Source of the DNA: Nitrospirota bacterium
Lineage (GTDB): Bacteria > Nitrospirota > UBA9217
Length of the DNA stretch: 64,000 nt
Direction of reading: 5' to 3'
Assembly: GCA_035490495.1 (NCBI GenBank)
Contig: DATHDE010000085.1
Coordinates: 1,885 to 65,884 of the forward strand
Shown: one piece after another, positions 1 to 9,957 of the stretch
How positions within the stretch are numbered: the stretch's first letter is position 1
How the letters are laid out: every line of letters begins with the position of its first letter
Notes under the pieces: model-generated
What the model was told of the DNA's origin: nothing
Database searches by the model: none
What the model saw: the letters and a program-made list of their open reading frames with translations, nothing else
Position numbers and translations under genes: made by a program

Positions 1-135
1 GTACATGACCATATCGGAGCCCAGCATGTCAGCATCTCCTCGTTCTGCACGCGTCATTTCGCGCAAGCATTCGTTCGCTCAATTATTAAACCATAGAAGG
101 CGCTATATTTCAAGCTTTTTTTGGAACCGCACAAC

Positions 136-168
136 ATAAAAAGAGCCGGGAGTTCTCTCTCCCGGCTC
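136..168 (-). terminator. Rho-independent terminator downstream of porB
   Basis: Inverted repeat GAGCCGGGAG / CTCCCGGCTC (143-152 / 159-168). On the minus strand it is followed by a T-run (A-run 138-142 on plus). Lies about 28 nt past the porB stop. Confidence 0.65.
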
Positions 169-195
169 AGTGAATGAAAAATATCGCTCCGCATC

Positions 196-1149
196 CTAGC
201 TTTTCGACATTTCCTGCAGCTTTTTCAGGCTCTCCCATTCTTCATCCACGATCTTCTGGAACTGCTCCAGGAGCGCTTCATTGCCGGGGGCGAAGAGGTG
301 TTTGAACCTTCCCTGGGGCTTGAGCCATTCGGATACGGGCTTCTTCTTGTCCTTGGGATCATAGTTGATCGTCCACTTGCCGTCCTGCACTTCATACAGC
401 GGCCAGTAGCAGGTGTCGACAGCGAGCCGCGACAGCAGGATGGAGTCATTGGTCTGCGAGCGCCAGCCGCGGTTGCAGGGCGCTATGATACCCATGTAGG
501 CGGGGCCGTTCGTGGCCAGGGCTTTCTTGACCTTGGTCATGAGGTCCTTCCATAAGTGGGGCGATGCCTGGGCTGCGTACGCAACGTTATGCGCAGCCAT
601 GATACGCGTGAGATCCTTGCGGCGCACGGTTTTGCCGGGAACCTTGGAGCCCACGGGTTGGGTCGTCGTGTCCGCACCGAGCGGCGTTGCGCTGGAGCGC
701 TGGATGCCGGTGTTCATGTACGCGCCGTTGTCGTAGCAGATATAGAGAAGCTGATGACGCCGCTCCATTGCTCCGGACAGGGCCTGGAACCCGATGTCGT
801 ACGTGCCGCCGTCGCCGCCGAAAGCAATGAACTTGATATCCTTGCTGATCTTGCCCTTTTTCCGGAGCGCGCGGTACATCGTCTCGATGCCCGAAGCCGT
901 CGCCGCAGCATTCTCGAATGCGCTGTGCATCCAGGGCACCTGCCAGGCCGTGTACGGGAACAGGCAGGTCGAGACCTCGAGGCAGCCTGTTGCGTTCGCG
1001 ATCACAACCGGTTCATCGGTTGCCAGGAGCACCTGGCGCACCACCGTGGGCGCGCCGCAACCGGAGCACATGCGGTGTCCGCCGGTCAGCAGGTCCTTCT
1101 TATGCGACAGCGACTTTAAGGTCATTGGTTTTTCCTGAGTCGTGGTCAT
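196..1149 (-). CDS. porB: pyruvate/2-oxoacid:ferredoxin oxidoreductase, beta (TPP-binding) subunit
   Basis: 317 aa. N-terminal GGHRMCSGCGAP Cys motif and GGDGGTYDIG TPP-binding motif. Last gene of a G-D-A-B subunit operon. Confidence 0.9.
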   Translation of the reverse strand: MTTTQEKPMTLKSLSHKKDLLTGGHRMCSGCGAPTVVRQVLLATDEPVVIANATGCLEVSTCLFPYTAWQVPWMHSAFENAAATASGIETMYRALRKKGKISKDIKFIAFGGDGGTYDIGFQALSGAMERRHQLLYICYDNGAYMNTGIQRSSATPLGADTTTQPVGSKVPGKTVRRKDLTRIMAAHNVAYAAQASPHLWKDLMTKVKKALATNGPAYMGIIAPCNRGWRSQTNDSILLSRLAVDTCYWPLYEVQDGKWTINYDPKDKKKPVSEWLKPQGRFKHLFAPGNEALLEQFQKIVDEEWESLKKLQEMSKS

Positions 1150-1191
1150 GGATGTTCTCCTTGGGGTGGAGCCGCGGCTCCTTGCGTTTGG

Positions 1192-2379
1192 TTAATTCCG
1201 GACCGTTACGTATTCCTTCGTCATTTTGACCGTTCCGGTCTTCGCGACCTCCGCGGCCTCCTCGATTACCTTGTCCACGTCGAGCGGCATCAGATCGCGG
1301 CCGCCCAGCCCGTAGATCTTGTTGAACAGCACGGGCCCGCGCCTGCTGCTGAGTGCCGTGGCGATTTCCATGTAGAGCGGTCCCATACCGCCGTAGGAGT
1401 CGGCACGGTCCATGACGCAGACAGCCTTGGCATTCTTGAGCGCGGCGCCCACTTCCTCATAGGGGAAAGGACGGAACATGCGGGGTTTCACGAGCCCCGC
1501 CTTCACGCCCTTCTCGCGGTACCGGTCTATTTCGTCTTTGATCGTACCCGCAGCCGAGTTGAGCGCGACGATCACGACCTCGGCATCATCGAGCAGGTAT
1601 GGTTCGAACAGATCGTAGTTTCTGCCGGTAACCCTGGCGAACTCGGCCGAAACTTCCTTTACGACACGTTTCACGTTCTGCATGGCCTCGTGCTGGGCGC
1701 GCTTGTGCTCCATGTAGTAGTCGGGAAGCACGAGGGCCCCCATGCTCTTGGGATTATCGACATCAAGCAGCGGGTCGATCGCAATGTACTCACCGATAAA
1801 TTTTTTCACATCCTCATCGGTCATAAACTGCATGCTCTCGATGGAATGGCTGATGATGAAGCCGTCCATATTCACCGCGATCGGCAGCCGCACATCTTTA
1901 TTTTCCGCGATCCGGTAGGCCATGATTGTATTGTCGTATGCCTCCTGGGCGTTTTCGCAGAAGAGCTGGATCCAGCCGCAGTCCCGCATGCCCATGCCGT
2001 CCGAGTGATCACCGTGAATGTTGAGGGGAGAGGAGAGCGCCCGGTTCACGAGCGCCATCAGGATCGGCAGGCGGTAGCCCGAGGCGATGTGCAGCATTTC
2101 CCACATGAGCGCCAGGCCCTGCGCGCTCGTCGCGGTCGCCACGCGGCCGCCTGCGGCGGAAGCGCCGATGGCAGCGCTCATGGCGCTGTGCTCGCTTTCC
2201 ACGAGGATCATCTCCGTGTCCACTTTGCCGTTCGACACGAAGGACGTGAACGATTCCATGATGCCCGTTGACGGTGTTATCGGGTACGCCGGCATCACAT
2301 CGGGATTCAACTGGCGGAACGCTTCGGCAACAGCCTGGTTGCCGGTAACCGCCACGGTCTTCGTCGTTGCTCCAGCCAT
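1192..2379 (-). CDS. porA: pyruvate/2-oxoacid:ferredoxin oxidoreductase, alpha subunit
   Basis: Track ORF is 1192..2472. I start at the internal ATG (MAGATTKTVAVTGNQAVAEA...) at 2379, one nt after the porD stop at 2381. The longer version would overlap porD by 92 nt. Confidence 0.88.
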   Translation of the reverse strand: MAGATTKTVAVTGNQAVAEAFRQLNPDVMPAYPITPSTGIMESFTSFVSNGKVDTEMILVESEHSAMSAAIGASAAGGRVATATSAQGLALMWEMLHIASGYRLPILMALVNRALSSPLNIHGDHSDGMGMRDCGWIQLFCENAQEAYDNTIMAYRIAENKDVRLPIAVNMDGFIISHSIESMQFMTDEDVKKFIGEYIAIDPLLDVDNPKSMGALVLPDYYMEHKRAQHEAMQNVKRVVKEVSAEFARVTGRNYDLFEPYLLDDAEVVIVALNSAAGTIKDEIDRYREKGVKAGLVKPRMFRPFPYEEVGAALKNAKAVCVMDRADSYGGMGPLYMEIATALSSRRGPVLFNKIYGLGGRDLMPLDVDKVIEEAAEVAKTGTVKMTKEYVTVRN

Positions 2380-2380
2380 G

Positions 2381-2674
2381 TTATTTGCCCTCCTCTTCCA
2401 TGACGATGGCCTTGTTGCCCTTTTTGCCGGGGCACTCCATGGCGCACACACCGCACCCCTTGCAGTGGTCATAATCGAAATCGAGCCGCTTTTCGTCCTT
2501 TACGGGAATTGCGGAGTCGGGACAGTAAATCCAGCAGAACAGGCACTGGATGCAGTTTTCCTGGATCCATCTTGGCTTGAAGGAGCGCCAGGAACCCGTT
2601 TTGTATTCATTCGCATTGCCGGCCTTGAGCACCGTGCCAGCGTGGGGAAGCTCTTTCCAGTTCATCTGTTTCAT
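2381..2674 (-). CDS. porD: pyruvate/2-oxoacid:ferredoxin oxidoreductase, delta (2x[4Fe-4S] ferredoxin) subunit
   Basis: 97 aa with two CxxCxxCxxxCP-type clusters (CIQCLFCWIYCP, CKGCGVCAMECP). Overlaps porG by 4 nt. Confidence 0.88.
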   Translation of the reverse strand: MKQMNWKELPHAGTVLKAGNANEYKTGSWRSFKPRWIQENCIQCLFCWIYCPDSAIPVKDEKRLDFDYDHCKGCGVCAMECPGKKGNKAIVMEEEGK

Positions 2675-3246
2675 CCCTGCTTTACCTCCTCGTAGCCGCG
2701 CTTGACTGCAGCAAGATTACCATCGATGATCTTCTGCGCGAATTTTTTGCCAAAGCTTCCCCGGACATCTTCGAGCAGAACCTCCATGGAAACGATACCC
2801 GTCGCCTTGTTCAATGCGCCGAGCATGGGAGCGTTCGGCATGGGCCTTCCGATGTTCTCGATCGCGATTTTGGTCGCATCGACGGTGAAAACCTTCTGTG
2901 TTGATTTCGCTTTGAGTTTCTCCCGGACATCTTTCGGGTCTTTGCTCGTATTAATCACAAAGACGGCGTCATCCTTGGCGCCTTCTGCCACATTGATCGC
3001 ATCGAGCAGCGACGCGTCCACAACGGCGACAACGCCCGGGTTCAGCACGGGACAGTGCATCCTGAGCGTTTTTTCACTGATGCGGTTGTACGCGCGAAGC
3101 GGCGCGCCTGCGCGCTCGGGTCCGTACTCGGGAAACGCCTGCACGTTGCGCCCGCCGGACAGGCAGGCATCTGCAAGCACCTTTGCAGCGGTTACCGTGC
3201 CCTGTCCTCCTCTGCCATGCCATCTGATTTCAATCATTTCTGCCAT
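2671..3246 (-). CDS. porG: pyruvate/2-oxoacid:ferredoxin oxidoreductase, gamma subunit
   Basis: 191 aa. N-terminal IRWHGRGGQGTVTAAKVLA motif typical of the POR/KOR gamma subunit. First gene of the operon. Confidence 0.88.
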   Translation of the reverse strand: MAEMIEIRWHGRGGQGTVTAAKVLADACLSGGRNVQAFPEYGPERAGAPLRAYNRISEKTLRMHCPVLNPGVVAVVDASLLDAINVAEGAKDDAVFVINTSKDPKDVREKLKAKSTQKVFTVDATKIAIENIGRPMPNAPMLGALNKATGIVSMEVLLEDVRGSFGKKFAQKIIDGNLAAVKRGYEEVKQG

Positions 3247-3463
3247 AACAAACCTCCGCGAGATGAATCTTTATGAATGCATATACCGCTATAGTATACA
3301 GGAACCCGCTTATTTTTACATCCGTGTTTGTCCTAGGCGGCGGGCGGGAAGCACATCCGGGCAGCAGGCTTTTTTCTCATGCATCCAATCAGCAGGAAAT
3401 CCGGCTCTCGATGACCGGCATAGATGTACGATGTGATGCCTGTAAACCAGCACTTGCTATGAC

Positions 3464-4162
3464 CTACATTTCCCTTCGTCCTTCGAGCGCGCGCTGCACC
3501 GTGCTTTCGTCCGCGTATTCTATGTCACTGCCCACGGGAAGGCCGTAGGCGATGCGGCTGACGCTGATGCCGAGCGGCTTGATCAGCTTCGAAAGATAGA
3601 GCGCCGTCGTCTCTCCTTTGACCGTCGGGTTCGTTGCAAGGATGACTTCTTTCACTTCGCCTGTCCGCAGGCGCTCAAGAAGGCCGTCAATCTTGAGATT
3701 CTCAGGACCGATCCCGTCGAGGGGCGAGATGGCACCAAGGAGCGCGTGGTAACGGCCCCGATAGGTTCCGCTCTTTTCCAGGACCAGGATGTTGCTGGGC
3801 TCTTCCACAACACAAATGCGCTGAACATCGCGCTTCGGGTCGCCGCAGATACTGCATATTTCATCTTCAGTGATATTGTTGCATACCGTGCAGTACCGGC
3901 TGGTGTCCTTGAGATCGATAATCGCCTGGGCAATGCCGTTTGCCTCGTCTTTCGGCATGCCGAGCACTGCAAAAGCAAGCCGTTCGGCGCTCTTTCTGCC
4001 GATGCCGGGCAGTTTCATGAAGGCCTCGACCATCCTGCCAAGGGCCTTGCCTGATACCTGCGCTACCTGCGATCCGTTCCTGCCCGGCTTTCTGCTGCGC
4101 AACGGGGGCGGCGAAGCGGAATCCGTCGCCTTTTGATTGTCAGTGTCCGATTCGTTTCTCAT
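3464..4162 (-). CDS. recR: recombination protein RecR, with a Pro/Ser/Arg-rich N-terminal extension
   Basis: KLPGIGRKSAERLAF helix-hairpin-helix, CxxC-x-CxxC zinc finger (CTVCNNITEDEICSICGD) and Toprim region. No alternative in-frame start lies before the conserved N-terminal helix, so the roughly 35-aa extension appears real. Confidence 0.88.
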   Translation of the reverse strand: MRNESDTDNQKATDSASPPPLRSRKPGRNGSQVAQVSGKALGRMVEAFMKLPGIGRKSAERLAFAVLGMPKDEANGIAQAIIDLKDTSRYCTVCNNITEDEICSICGDPKRDVQRICVVEEPSNILVLEKSGTYRGRYHALLGAISPLDGIGPENLKIDGLLERLRTGEVKEVILATNPTVKGETTALYLSKLIKPLGISVSRIAYGLPVGSDIEYADESTVQRALEGRREM

Positions 4163-4190
4163 TCCGAATTCCGCGATACGAATCCGGCTG

Positions 4191-4511
4191 TCAAAACAAC
4201 CCCGGCGGCAACCCCATTCCCGCGGTCAGTTTGCCCATTTCTTCCTTCATCAGGTCCTGCGATTTCCTGAGCGCTTCGTTCACAGCAGCGGTGACGAGGT
4301 CCTGCAGCATGTCAAGATCTTTCGGATCAACGACAGAAGGATCGATTCGTATGGAAAGAACTTCCTGTCGCCCATTGGCAACAACAGTGACCATGCCGCC
4401 GCCGGACGACGCCTCCACGGTCTTTGCCCCTGCTTCCTCCTGGAGCTTTTTAACACGCTCCTGCATCTGCTGGGCTTGTTTCATGATGTTGCTGAGCATA
4501 TTCTTCGACAT
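4191..4511 (-). CDS. ybaB: YbaB/EbfC family nucleoid-associated protein
   Basis: 106 aa. MKQAQQMQERVKKLQEE...GGGMVTV motif. Sits in the classic dnaX-ybaB-recR position. Confidence 0.9.
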   Translation of the reverse strand: MSKNMLSNIMKQAQQMQERVKKLQEEAGAKTVEASSGGGMVTVVANGRQEVLSIRIDPSVVDPKDLDMLQDLVTAAVNEALRKSQDLMKEEMGKLTAGMGLPPGLF

Positions 4512-4657
4512 GGTCTGTCCTGATTACGGCACCCGGGCTGAAGATTGCAAATCTAAGGGAGAGTATTTTAAAAGAATTTCGACCCTATTGCAACAAAAAA
4601 GCATGTCTTCATGAAGTTATAAGAAAAATCTATGGCTTCAATTATACCATGGGATGC

Positions 4658-6313
4658 CTACGTGTTCGATTGGCCGGGATCGATAATCTCCCCCTGGGGG
4701 AATATCTTCAGCACGTCCTGCACAGCCGGGTCCTGCTCTGCCGGTGCACTTTTTTTTGCATCCCGTGTTTTCGTTTCAGTTTCTTTCTTTTCAATCGGCT
4801 GTATCTTCACCTGGACTTTTTTCCCAAGCTGCTGTTCGGCGATCTGCTCGATGAGCTTGCGGCTCTCCGGCTCCTCCGCTTTTTTAACCTGAAAGCTTGC
4901 CCCTGCAATACCGACAACCAGCTCGGTATCCGTCAGCCGCACGAGAGAGCTGCGTTCGAGCGCGGACGCGAGACCGGGTTTCTGCGATTTCAGGGCAGAA
5001 AGAATTCCGCTCCACAGCTCACCAGGCGCATTGCTCTCATGCGTTGAAGCAGCGTGAGCTGCCGGGGGCGGCGTCCGCCCGGCAGGTTTATAAGCCGTTT
5101 GAGGCTCGCCGACACGATGCCCTGAAGAAGGCGAGGGAGTGGCGTACGAAGCGGGTGCTTTTCCCGACGACAGCCGCGCTTCGAGATCTTTTATATCAGC
5201 AAGAATATCGCCGAGCGGATGAAGCGGCGTAAGGCTGCATGCTTTGATAATACCTATCTCAAAAGTAAACCGCTGCTGCGAAGACCAGCGCATCTCATCG
5301 AGGGTTTTCGCGAGGCTGTCGAACAGCAGAAGCAGCTGCTCCCTGTCCGCGTCGCCGGCCTGCCTGCTCAGGGCTTCAAGATCAGCTGCCGGAAGTTCAA
5401 TGATCTGCTCGGGATGAGACGTGATTTTAACAATCATGAGATTGCGGAGGTGTTCGATAACTGCGGAAAGAAACTGCCGGATATCCTGACCCTGTTCGAG
5501 CAGTGCATCTGTCTGCTTCAGCAGGCCGGCGGCGTCGCGCGCGATCAGGGATGAAGCGAACTCCAGAAGCCGTTCTTGCGCCACGGCGCCGAGGGTCGTC
5601 TGTATATCCTCGTCCCTGACGGTCATGCCGCTGTACGAAACTGCCTGATCCAGCAGGCTTTGCGAGTCGCGCATGCTGCCCTCGGCGGCGCGCGCAATCA
5701 TGGCAAGCCCCTGATCGCTCACCGCGATGCCTTCGGCTTTGGCAATGACGCGCAGCCGGTCGATTATCTCATGCAGGGAAACGCGCTTGAACCCGTACCG
5801 CTGGCAGCGGGAGTGGATCGTGGCGGGAATTTTCTGCGGCTCCGTTGTGGCAAAGATGAAGATCACGTGCGGCGGCGGCTCTTCCAGCGTCTTGAGCAGG
5901 GCGTTGAACGCCTCGTTCGTGAGCATGTGAACTTCATCGATCACGTACACCTTGTACTTGCCGCCTACAGGCGCGTACTTGACCGTTTCGCGCAACTCAC
6001 GAATATGCTCGATGCCGCGGTTCGATGCACCGTCGATCTCGATGACGTCTACCGATGTCCCGGCCGCCGTTTCAAGACAGGAGTCGCACTTTCCGCAGGG
6101 CGTAGGAGTAGGCCCCTGCACGCAGTTCAAGGCCTTTGCGAGAATCCGTGCGGTCGTGGTTTTTCCCACGCCCCGCGGACCGGAAAACAGAAAGGCATGC
6201 GCAAGCCTGCCGGAAACGATCGCGTTCTGGAGCGTTCGCGTGATGTGCCCCTGGCCGACGACTTCCTCAAAGACCTGGGGCCGCCATTTTCTTGCAAGGA
6301 CCTGATAGCTCAT
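4658..6313 (-). CDS. dnaX: DNA polymerase III subunit gamma/tau
   Basis: Start moved to MSYQVLARKWRP (ATG at 6313). Walker A GPRGVGKTT, zinc module CGKCDSC, and SRC motif (HSRCQRY). Confidence 0.92.
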   Translation of the reverse strand: MSYQVLARKWRPQVFEEVVGQGHITRTLQNAIVSGRLAHAFLFSGPRGVGKTTTARILAKALNCVQGPTPTPCGKCDSCLETAAGTSVDVIEIDGASNRGIEHIRELRETVKYAPVGGKYKVYVIDEVHMLTNEAFNALLKTLEEPPPHVIFIFATTEPQKIPATIHSRCQRYGFKRVSLHEIIDRLRVIAKAEGIAVSDQGLAMIARAAEGSMRDSQSLLDQAVSYSGMTVRDEDIQTTLGAVAQERLLEFASSLIARDAAGLLKQTDALLEQGQDIRQFLSAVIEHLRNLMIVKITSHPEQIIELPAADLEALSRQAGDADREQLLLLFDSLAKTLDEMRWSSQQRFTFEIGIIKACSLTPLHPLGDILADIKDLEARLSSGKAPASYATPSPSSGHRVGEPQTAYKPAGRTPPPAAHAASTHESNAPGELWSGILSALKSQKPGLASALERSSLVRLTDTELVVGIAGASFQVKKAEEPESRKLIEQIAEQQLGKKVQVKIQPIEKKETETKTRDAKKSAPAEQDPAVQDVLKIFPQGEIIDPGQSNT

Positions 6314-6421
6314 AGGGTGAACGTATCCCCGGGATGCGGTATCCGGCATGGCCGTAATGTACATAAGTACGTCCTACAGTATGGCATGCCAAATACTGCG
6401 GTCGAGAAAAAAAGGCTCATA

Positions 6422-6520
6422 AACCCGGGCGCCCCTGCGGCACACCCGGAACCCGCTTACCGCTGCTTCCTTCCGGACCTGGCGGGGTTCACGGGACCGC
6501 GGTTGCGCAGGACCCGGGCT
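6422..6520 (-). ncRNA. ffs: signal recognition particle RNA (small bacterial 4.5S type)
   Basis: Minus strand reads ...CCGCCAGGUCCGGAAGGAAGCAGCGGUAAG... (plus 6462-6482), the conserved domain-IV core with its GGAA tetraloop. It is flanked by complementary arms (GCCCGGGUCCUGCG / CGCAGGGGCGCCCGGGU). Lies upstream of dnaX as in many bacteria. Ends are approximate. Confidence 0.8.
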
Positions 6521-6631
6521 CATGAGCGCTTGACAGAATCATAGTACCGAGTACACAGTGCGGAGGACAGAGTAAACACGGATAGCGCATTATTCTTGTC
6601 CTCCGAACTCTGTACTTTGTACTTTTATTTA

Positions 6632-6719
6632 TGGCGGAGAGGCCGGGATTCGAACCCGGGGTACCTTTCGATACACACGCTCTCCAGGCGTGCGCCTTCA
6701 ACCACTCGGCCACCTCTCC
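6632..6719 (-). tRNA. tRNA-Ser (anticodon GGA), CCA encoded
   Basis: 88 nt. Acceptor GGAGAGG/CCUCUCC, D-arm GCCGAGUGGUUGAAGGC, anticodon arm CACGC-CUGGAGA-GCGUG, long variable arm, T-loop UUCGAAU. Confidence 0.92.
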
Positions 6720-6821
6720 GGTTGATCTACCATTTCAGAGTTCACAGTTCAACGTTCCGGGCCATGATACAACTTCGTTACAAAATCTGAACTCAGCACT
6801 CTGAGCTATGCAAGGTTTATA

Positions 6822-6911
6822 TGGCGGAGAGGCCGGGATTTGAACCCGGGGTGGAGTTACCCCCACAACAGTTTTCGAGACTGCCGCCTTCAGCCACTCG
6901 GCCACCTCTCC
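6822..6911 (-). tRNA. tRNA-Ser (anticodon CGA), CCA encoded
   Basis: 90 nt. Anticodon arm GCAGU-CUCGAAA-ACUGU, long variable arm, T-loop UUCAAAU, acceptor GGAGAGG/CCUCUCC. Confidence 0.92.
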
Positions 6912-6991
6912 ATGGTAACAGCACAACATACCCAGCACCGTGGAGCATCCTGCGCTTTTGTTTGTTCTCAGCACCCCCGCTCTCTATGCTG

Positions 6992-7537
6992 TTATTTTGT
7001 CCTCAGCGTCCCGAAAAACTTTTGGAGTGCAGTGCTGCATTCTTTTTCAAGAACCCCCGGCGTTATCCGGAAGGTGTGATTCAACCTTCCATCGCGGACA
7101 ACGTCATATACAGAACCAAGAGCACCGGCCTTGGGATCCCGGCATCCATACACCAGCCGGTCTACGCGTGCCAGAACCAGCGCACCGGCGCACATGAGGC
7201 AGGGCTCAAGCGTGACATACACGGTTGCATCGGACAGCCGCCATCTCCCCAGGCGGGCCGCCGCGTCACGGATTACCAGCAGCTCGGCATGCGCCACCGG
7301 GTCCTTCCGTGTTTCTCGCAGATTGTGAGCCGACGCAATAACGCTCTTGCCAACAACCAGCACCGCCCCGATCGGCGTTTCTCCGCAAGCAGCTGCTTTG
7401 TGCGCCTCCTCAAGGGCCAGAAGCATGAACTCTTCGTCCGGTTTTTGCTCAGGCCCCATCTGTCCAACCTCACTAGCCATGGCCACCGAGACAGACTGCT
7501 TGTTCACTGCACTGGCGACAACAGACAATCCTGACAA
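6992..7537 (-). CDS. tadA: tRNA-specific adenosine-34 deaminase
   Basis: CDA-fold motifs HAE (PVAHAELLVI) and PCxxC (LEPCLMCAGAL). The track start is TTG at 7537; internal ATGs (e.g. MGPEQKPDEEFMLLALEEA) are alternative starts. Confidence 0.88.
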   Translation of the reverse strand: MSGLSVVASAVNKQSVSVAMASEVGQMGPEQKPDEEFMLLALEEAHKAAACGETPIGAVLVVGKSVIASAHNLRETRKDPVAHAELLVIRDAAARLGRWRLSDATVYVTLEPCLMCAGALVLARVDRLVYGCRDPKAGALGSVYDVVRDGRLNHTFRITPGVLEKECSTALQKFFGTLRTK

Positions 7538-7545
7538 AGAACAGA

Positions 7546-7622
7546 TGGCGCGCCCAAGAGGATTCGAACCTCTGACCTACGGATTCGTAGTCCGTTGCTC
7601 TATCCAACTGAGCTATGGGCGC
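7546..7622 (-). tRNA. tRNA-Arg (anticodon ACG), CCA encoded
   Basis: 77 nt. GCGCCCA acceptor, D-arm GCUCAGUUGGAUAGAGC, anticodon arm ACGGA-CUACGAA-UCCGU, T-loop UUCGAAU. Confidence 0.92.
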
Positions 7623-7681
7623 GTGTAAATTGCTTCTGCTGTTCGTAACTGCGCGGAGCCGCCGTGATGCGGCGAACAACG

Positions 7682-8206
7682 CTACTTCGCTACGCCGCCA
7701 AGCAAAATGATTCCTATATTTTCATGCTGGAACGGATGTATTGTCGGCTGCATCGAGAAAAGCCAGTTGTTCCAGATCTCCTTGCCGTTTTCGCTCACCG
7801 TGACCTGAGCTGCCGGCTGATTCGGCTTGTCCGTTGCCGAATAGAATTCCTTGTCCGTCATCTTGAAGTCCGGAAGAAAGGCCAGGACTTTCACCGTCAT
7901 CTTTGTGTCCGGAATCGGCAGTTCGGAGCCGACTGCTACCTGATATTCCTTGGTCGTTTTTGAGGCCCTGTTCTCAACGGAAAGCCGTACTGCCTTCCAC
8001 TTGGCCGCAATCTCTTTCGAAACAACTACCGTTCGTTCAACCTTGGGTCCGGATGGCGCCCCCATGCCGGCCGGTGGCATCCCGCCCTGCATGGGAGGAT
8101 GTCCCGCTGGTAACTGCGGTTGCGCTTGTTGTTCGTTCTTTTTGCATGCAGCAAATGATACCGCAAGAAGTGCAATGACCAGAACAGCTAAACTTTTTTT
8201 CAACAT
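7682..8206 (-). CDS. hypothetical lipoprotein
   Basis: Start moved to MLKKSLAVLVIALLAVSFAAC (signal peptide plus lipobox). Gly/Pro/Met-rich linker followed by a beta-rich domain. No family recognised. Confidence 0.7.
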   Translation of the reverse strand: MLKKSLAVLVIALLAVSFAACKKNEQQAQPQLPAGHPPMQGGMPPAGMGAPSGPKVERTVVVSKEIAAKWKAVRLSVENRASKTTKEYQVAVGSELPIPDTKMTVKVLAFLPDFKMTDKEFYSATDKPNQPAAQVTVSENGKEIWNNWLFSMQPTIHPFQHENIGIILLGGVAK

Positions 8207-8288
8207 GAATGATACCCCCTTTGCAAATGAGTCAAGGAACACAGACACGCCCCTCCGCCTGAACTGAAGGGCATCTCTCTATAAGAAC

Positions 8289-8378
8289 TGGCGGAGAGGC
8301 CGGGATTCGAACCCGGGGTGGAGTTACCCCCACAACTGCTTAGCAGGCAGCTGCCTTCAGCCGCTCGGCCACCTCTCC
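8289..8378 (-). tRNA. tRNA-Ser (anticodon GCU), CCA encoded
   Basis: 90 nt. Anticodon arm GCUGC-CUGCUAA-GCAGU, long variable arm, T-loop UUCGAAU. Confidence 0.92.
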
Positions 8379-8477
8379 GTTTGACTGCGTCACACGATAT
8401 GTCTTGTTTTCAGCACAGGCCGCGGACCCGACGTACTGCTTGGTGATCCGAACCCTGTAGTTTATGCTTTTCTTTTA

Positions 8478-8563
<86 letters not shown>

Positions 8564-8636
8564 GTTATGAGTTCGTCGATCCAGAAGATTCTCACGAGTC
8601 ACCATCCCATCCTCCCCGTTCAAATCTTCAGACGCT

Positions 8637-9929
<1,293 letters not shown>

Positions 9930-9957
9930 TTAGGGTAACATTCTCCTTGTCTGTTTG

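Noticed and set aside
1-57. Possible 5' end of a minus-strand gene running off the left edge (ATG at 57: MTRAERGDADMLGSDMVMY...).
   Set aside because: Only 19 codons are visible, with no RBS and no recognisable motif, so it cannot be supported from this window.
4750-4757. A8 run on the coding strand of dnaX (GCA AAA AAA AGT), considered as a programmed -1 frameshift site producing a gamma subunit.
   Set aside because: It lies only about 30 codons from the C-terminus, not near the domain III boundary. By my reading the -1 frame has no early stop, so it cannot generate a gamma-like truncated product.
6489-7534. ORFs 6489..6713 (-), 6596..6790 (+), 6735..6974 (-) and 6821..7534 (+), plus 8477..8701 (+), overlapping the tRNA genes, SRP RNA and tadA.
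   Set aside because: Their supposed starts and bodies are the tRNA and SRP RNA sequences themselves (repeated AEWLKA / GFEPG translations of tRNA arms). They are artefacts of translating structured RNA genes.
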